Shown here one piece after another: positions 61,901 to 64,000 of a stretch of DNA of 64,000 bases (the first letter of the stretch is position 1; every line of letters starts with the position of its first letter). The notes below the pieces were generated by a model, which made no database searches, had not been told where the DNA came from, and saw only the letters and a program-made list of their open reading frames with translations. The position numbers and the translations under genes are program-made. The stretch lies in NCBI RefSeq assembly GCF_004010195.1, contig NC_057718.1, forward strand, positions 50,112,450-50,176,449, written 5' to 3'. This DNA is from Chiloscyllium plagiosum. Taxonomy: Eukaryota.

Positions 61901-63837
61901 ACTTTCTTCATGTGGGATCAACAAAATATGCCTTCATTTATCATGTTAATAAGCTCTGAAAATACTGCCTACAAGTTTACAATATATTGACTGGACTGGA
62001 GCACTTATATCTGTGTAGTAGAAACCTTTGGCAATAACTGCAAGATGTGCAGAAGTTTCTCCTTTGGTGGCAATTTTATTGAAAAGAAAAGATGGACATA
62101 GATCAGTGCTGAAAATGTTAAACAAGCTTTGCTTGGGCTGAATTGTACAGAAATCAATCATGCTCAACTCTTGAGCTTTTAGGCCGGGAGGTATTGCTGT
62201 TGCTGATTAGGTTATGTAAAATGTGTAGAATAACATTGTCTCAACAAATCTATCAAGCTGATTAGTAACTATGATGCTTCAGTGCCAGATGGTGACTAAT
62301 TCTCATTAACATGCAAATTTTATGGGTAACAACTGTAATAATAAAATATGAATGCAACGCACAACTTAATGAGCTGAATTTATTAAGACGGCATTGCAAA
62401 ATATAAGCTGAATCATTAAGATTAAATATTGTCATATTTTTTCTGATATACCTAGTTATGACTGCAACAAAAGTATAATTAATTACTTTACCCATTGAAT
62501 ATCATGGAATTAATACATCTTTCAGAAACTTATTTTCCCCATTTTTGGTCTTCAAAGAAAGATAAGGGACTTTTTACAGGTTACCATTGATTCATTAACA
62601 TATTTAGATCGGATTTGTATTCCCAGCAGATCTGATAAGGTTTATAAAACGGGATACTCAGTCAGTTCAATTAAACTCTTTATCATCTACTTTAAAAAAA
62701 TTTAAACTGTGTTCTTCAGAAACAATAATCTCTCGCACTTCAATAATTTCTCTCTGTACTACTGTGATCGAACTTGACATTTCCTTCTGTGAGCTTTCTC
62801 CAGGGATCTGAGAATACCAAAGAATAACCAAACCTTTTCTCTTGCTTAGTCACTTATTTCTAGAGTTGAATCCCTTCCACCTGCATATATCATATGTTAG
62901 ACATAGAGTATTCCTCTATGTAAGATAAACCATATAAGATTTGCTGAGCACCCACTCAGATGCATTTTAAGGTTTGAGACTGAAACATGAATCATGACTT
63001 TTTATACCTGCAGTTGCAGTAATGCTGGAGACGAGAGGGGGTGTTTGGTCTCACATTGGTGATATTGGGTGGCTGGGAGTGTATTTGTGCAAATAGAAAG
63101 TGGGACCATATTAGTCCTGAGTTCTTGATATTTTACCTCACCTTCTTGTGACATCACTAATTCACAGCTACTGAATATCTTCATATGGTCAAATTAAATC
63201 TCATGCTGTAACATAGTTGTTTTGCTTGAGGATGAAATGTTGGGATCAATTCTCCTTTCTTTCACATACTTCATTTAAATTTGTTAACTCAGCTAATTAA
63301 ATTGGTGTGCAATGTTTGTTCATATTGGATGGGGAGCCAGAGGCACTTTGTTGGAATCGGGTGTTGTTGTGTTATCCAGGCTGCTGTAAAATTTAAATCT
63401 ATATAGTCACTTGAATCCAGAGGAGATTCTTCCAAGTTTTCACAAATTCTGATTTTATTTATTATTCGCATGTCTTTCAAAAGGCTGTACTAGCACTAAG
63501 GTATAAAAGTGGCCAAACTAAGAGAAAGTTGATTCAATGTTCAGACAATTTGATAAGCATCACATCATCGAACATCTGGCAAAGCTAATATGTTCATGTG
63601 TGAAAGGTAAGGGTTTTTGGGAGGAAACTTTATCCTGTGTGCCTCTCAGGGCATGCTTCTTTCCAGACAGTAGTCTCCCTTGTTTGAAAAGAGGTGGTGG
63701 TCAAACTCATATCAGCTGCAGAATCCATGGGCAGATGTGGAGAAGATAGTGTACTGAAGTAAACCTGGATACGAAAACACCAAACAGGACTATGTATCAG
63801 TTTAATGGTCCACAATGGCAAGCGGGAGAACTAGCCA

Positions 63838-64000
63838 TTTGGGTACAGAACTGGCTCAAAGGTAGAAGACAGAGGTTGTTGGTGGAGGGTTAGTTTTCAG
63901 ACTGGAGGCCTGTGACAGTGGAGTGCCACAAGGACCAGCGCTGGATCCATTATTTTTCATCCTTTATATAAATGATTTGGACGTGAGCGTAAGAGGTACA
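63838..64000 (+). mobile_element. Start of a 5'-truncated CR1, running off the window
   Basis: NWLKGRRQRLLVEG...SGVPQG...YINDLD. Confidence 0.88.

Noticed and set aside
45895..64000. Search for FSHR exons 1-4 (candidate donors near 48060, 54266, 55637, 55742; HAFE-like peptide near 53470)
   Set aside because: None gave a phase-2, 69-78 bp open LRR exon with both splice sites. The exons probably lie beyond the window, although a manual scan could miss one.

Overview
Vertebrate genomic DNA, most likely a shark or other elasmobranch (inferred from HE1-type SINEs, SacSINE1/Deu-type SINEs and abundant CR1 LINEs), with three N gaps (12833-13211, 18246-18986, 34279-35184). The only intact gene is the 3' part of a glycoprotein-hormone receptor on the minus strand, best read as FSHR. 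I traced six coding exons by hand (45894-45823, 37882-37805, 36548-36480, 36343-36269, 21391-21197, 10638-9288). All have GT-AG borders and phase-2 introns, and they join into one open frame: LRRs, hinge, 7TM and C-tail. Exons 1-4 were not found and probably lie beyond 64000. Most of the remainder is transposon-derived: CR1 LINEs (some nested), SINEs, Penelope-like (PLE) remnants, a Tigger/pogo-like MITE, a solo LTR, decayed Harbinger transposase and a tRNA-Lys pseudogene. Most notable observations: (1) small TSD-flanked fold-back PLE-end insertions of several families carrying minimal hammerhead-ribozyme motifs; (2) one such insertion containing a copy of a neighbouring locus 1.7 kb away; (3) an orphan fibronectin type III fragment antisense in FSHR intron 5; (4) substitutions in otherwise invariant receptor activation motifs ([15 protein letters not shown]). 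Repeat boundaries are approximate, exon boundaries were read directly, and no database searches were run.
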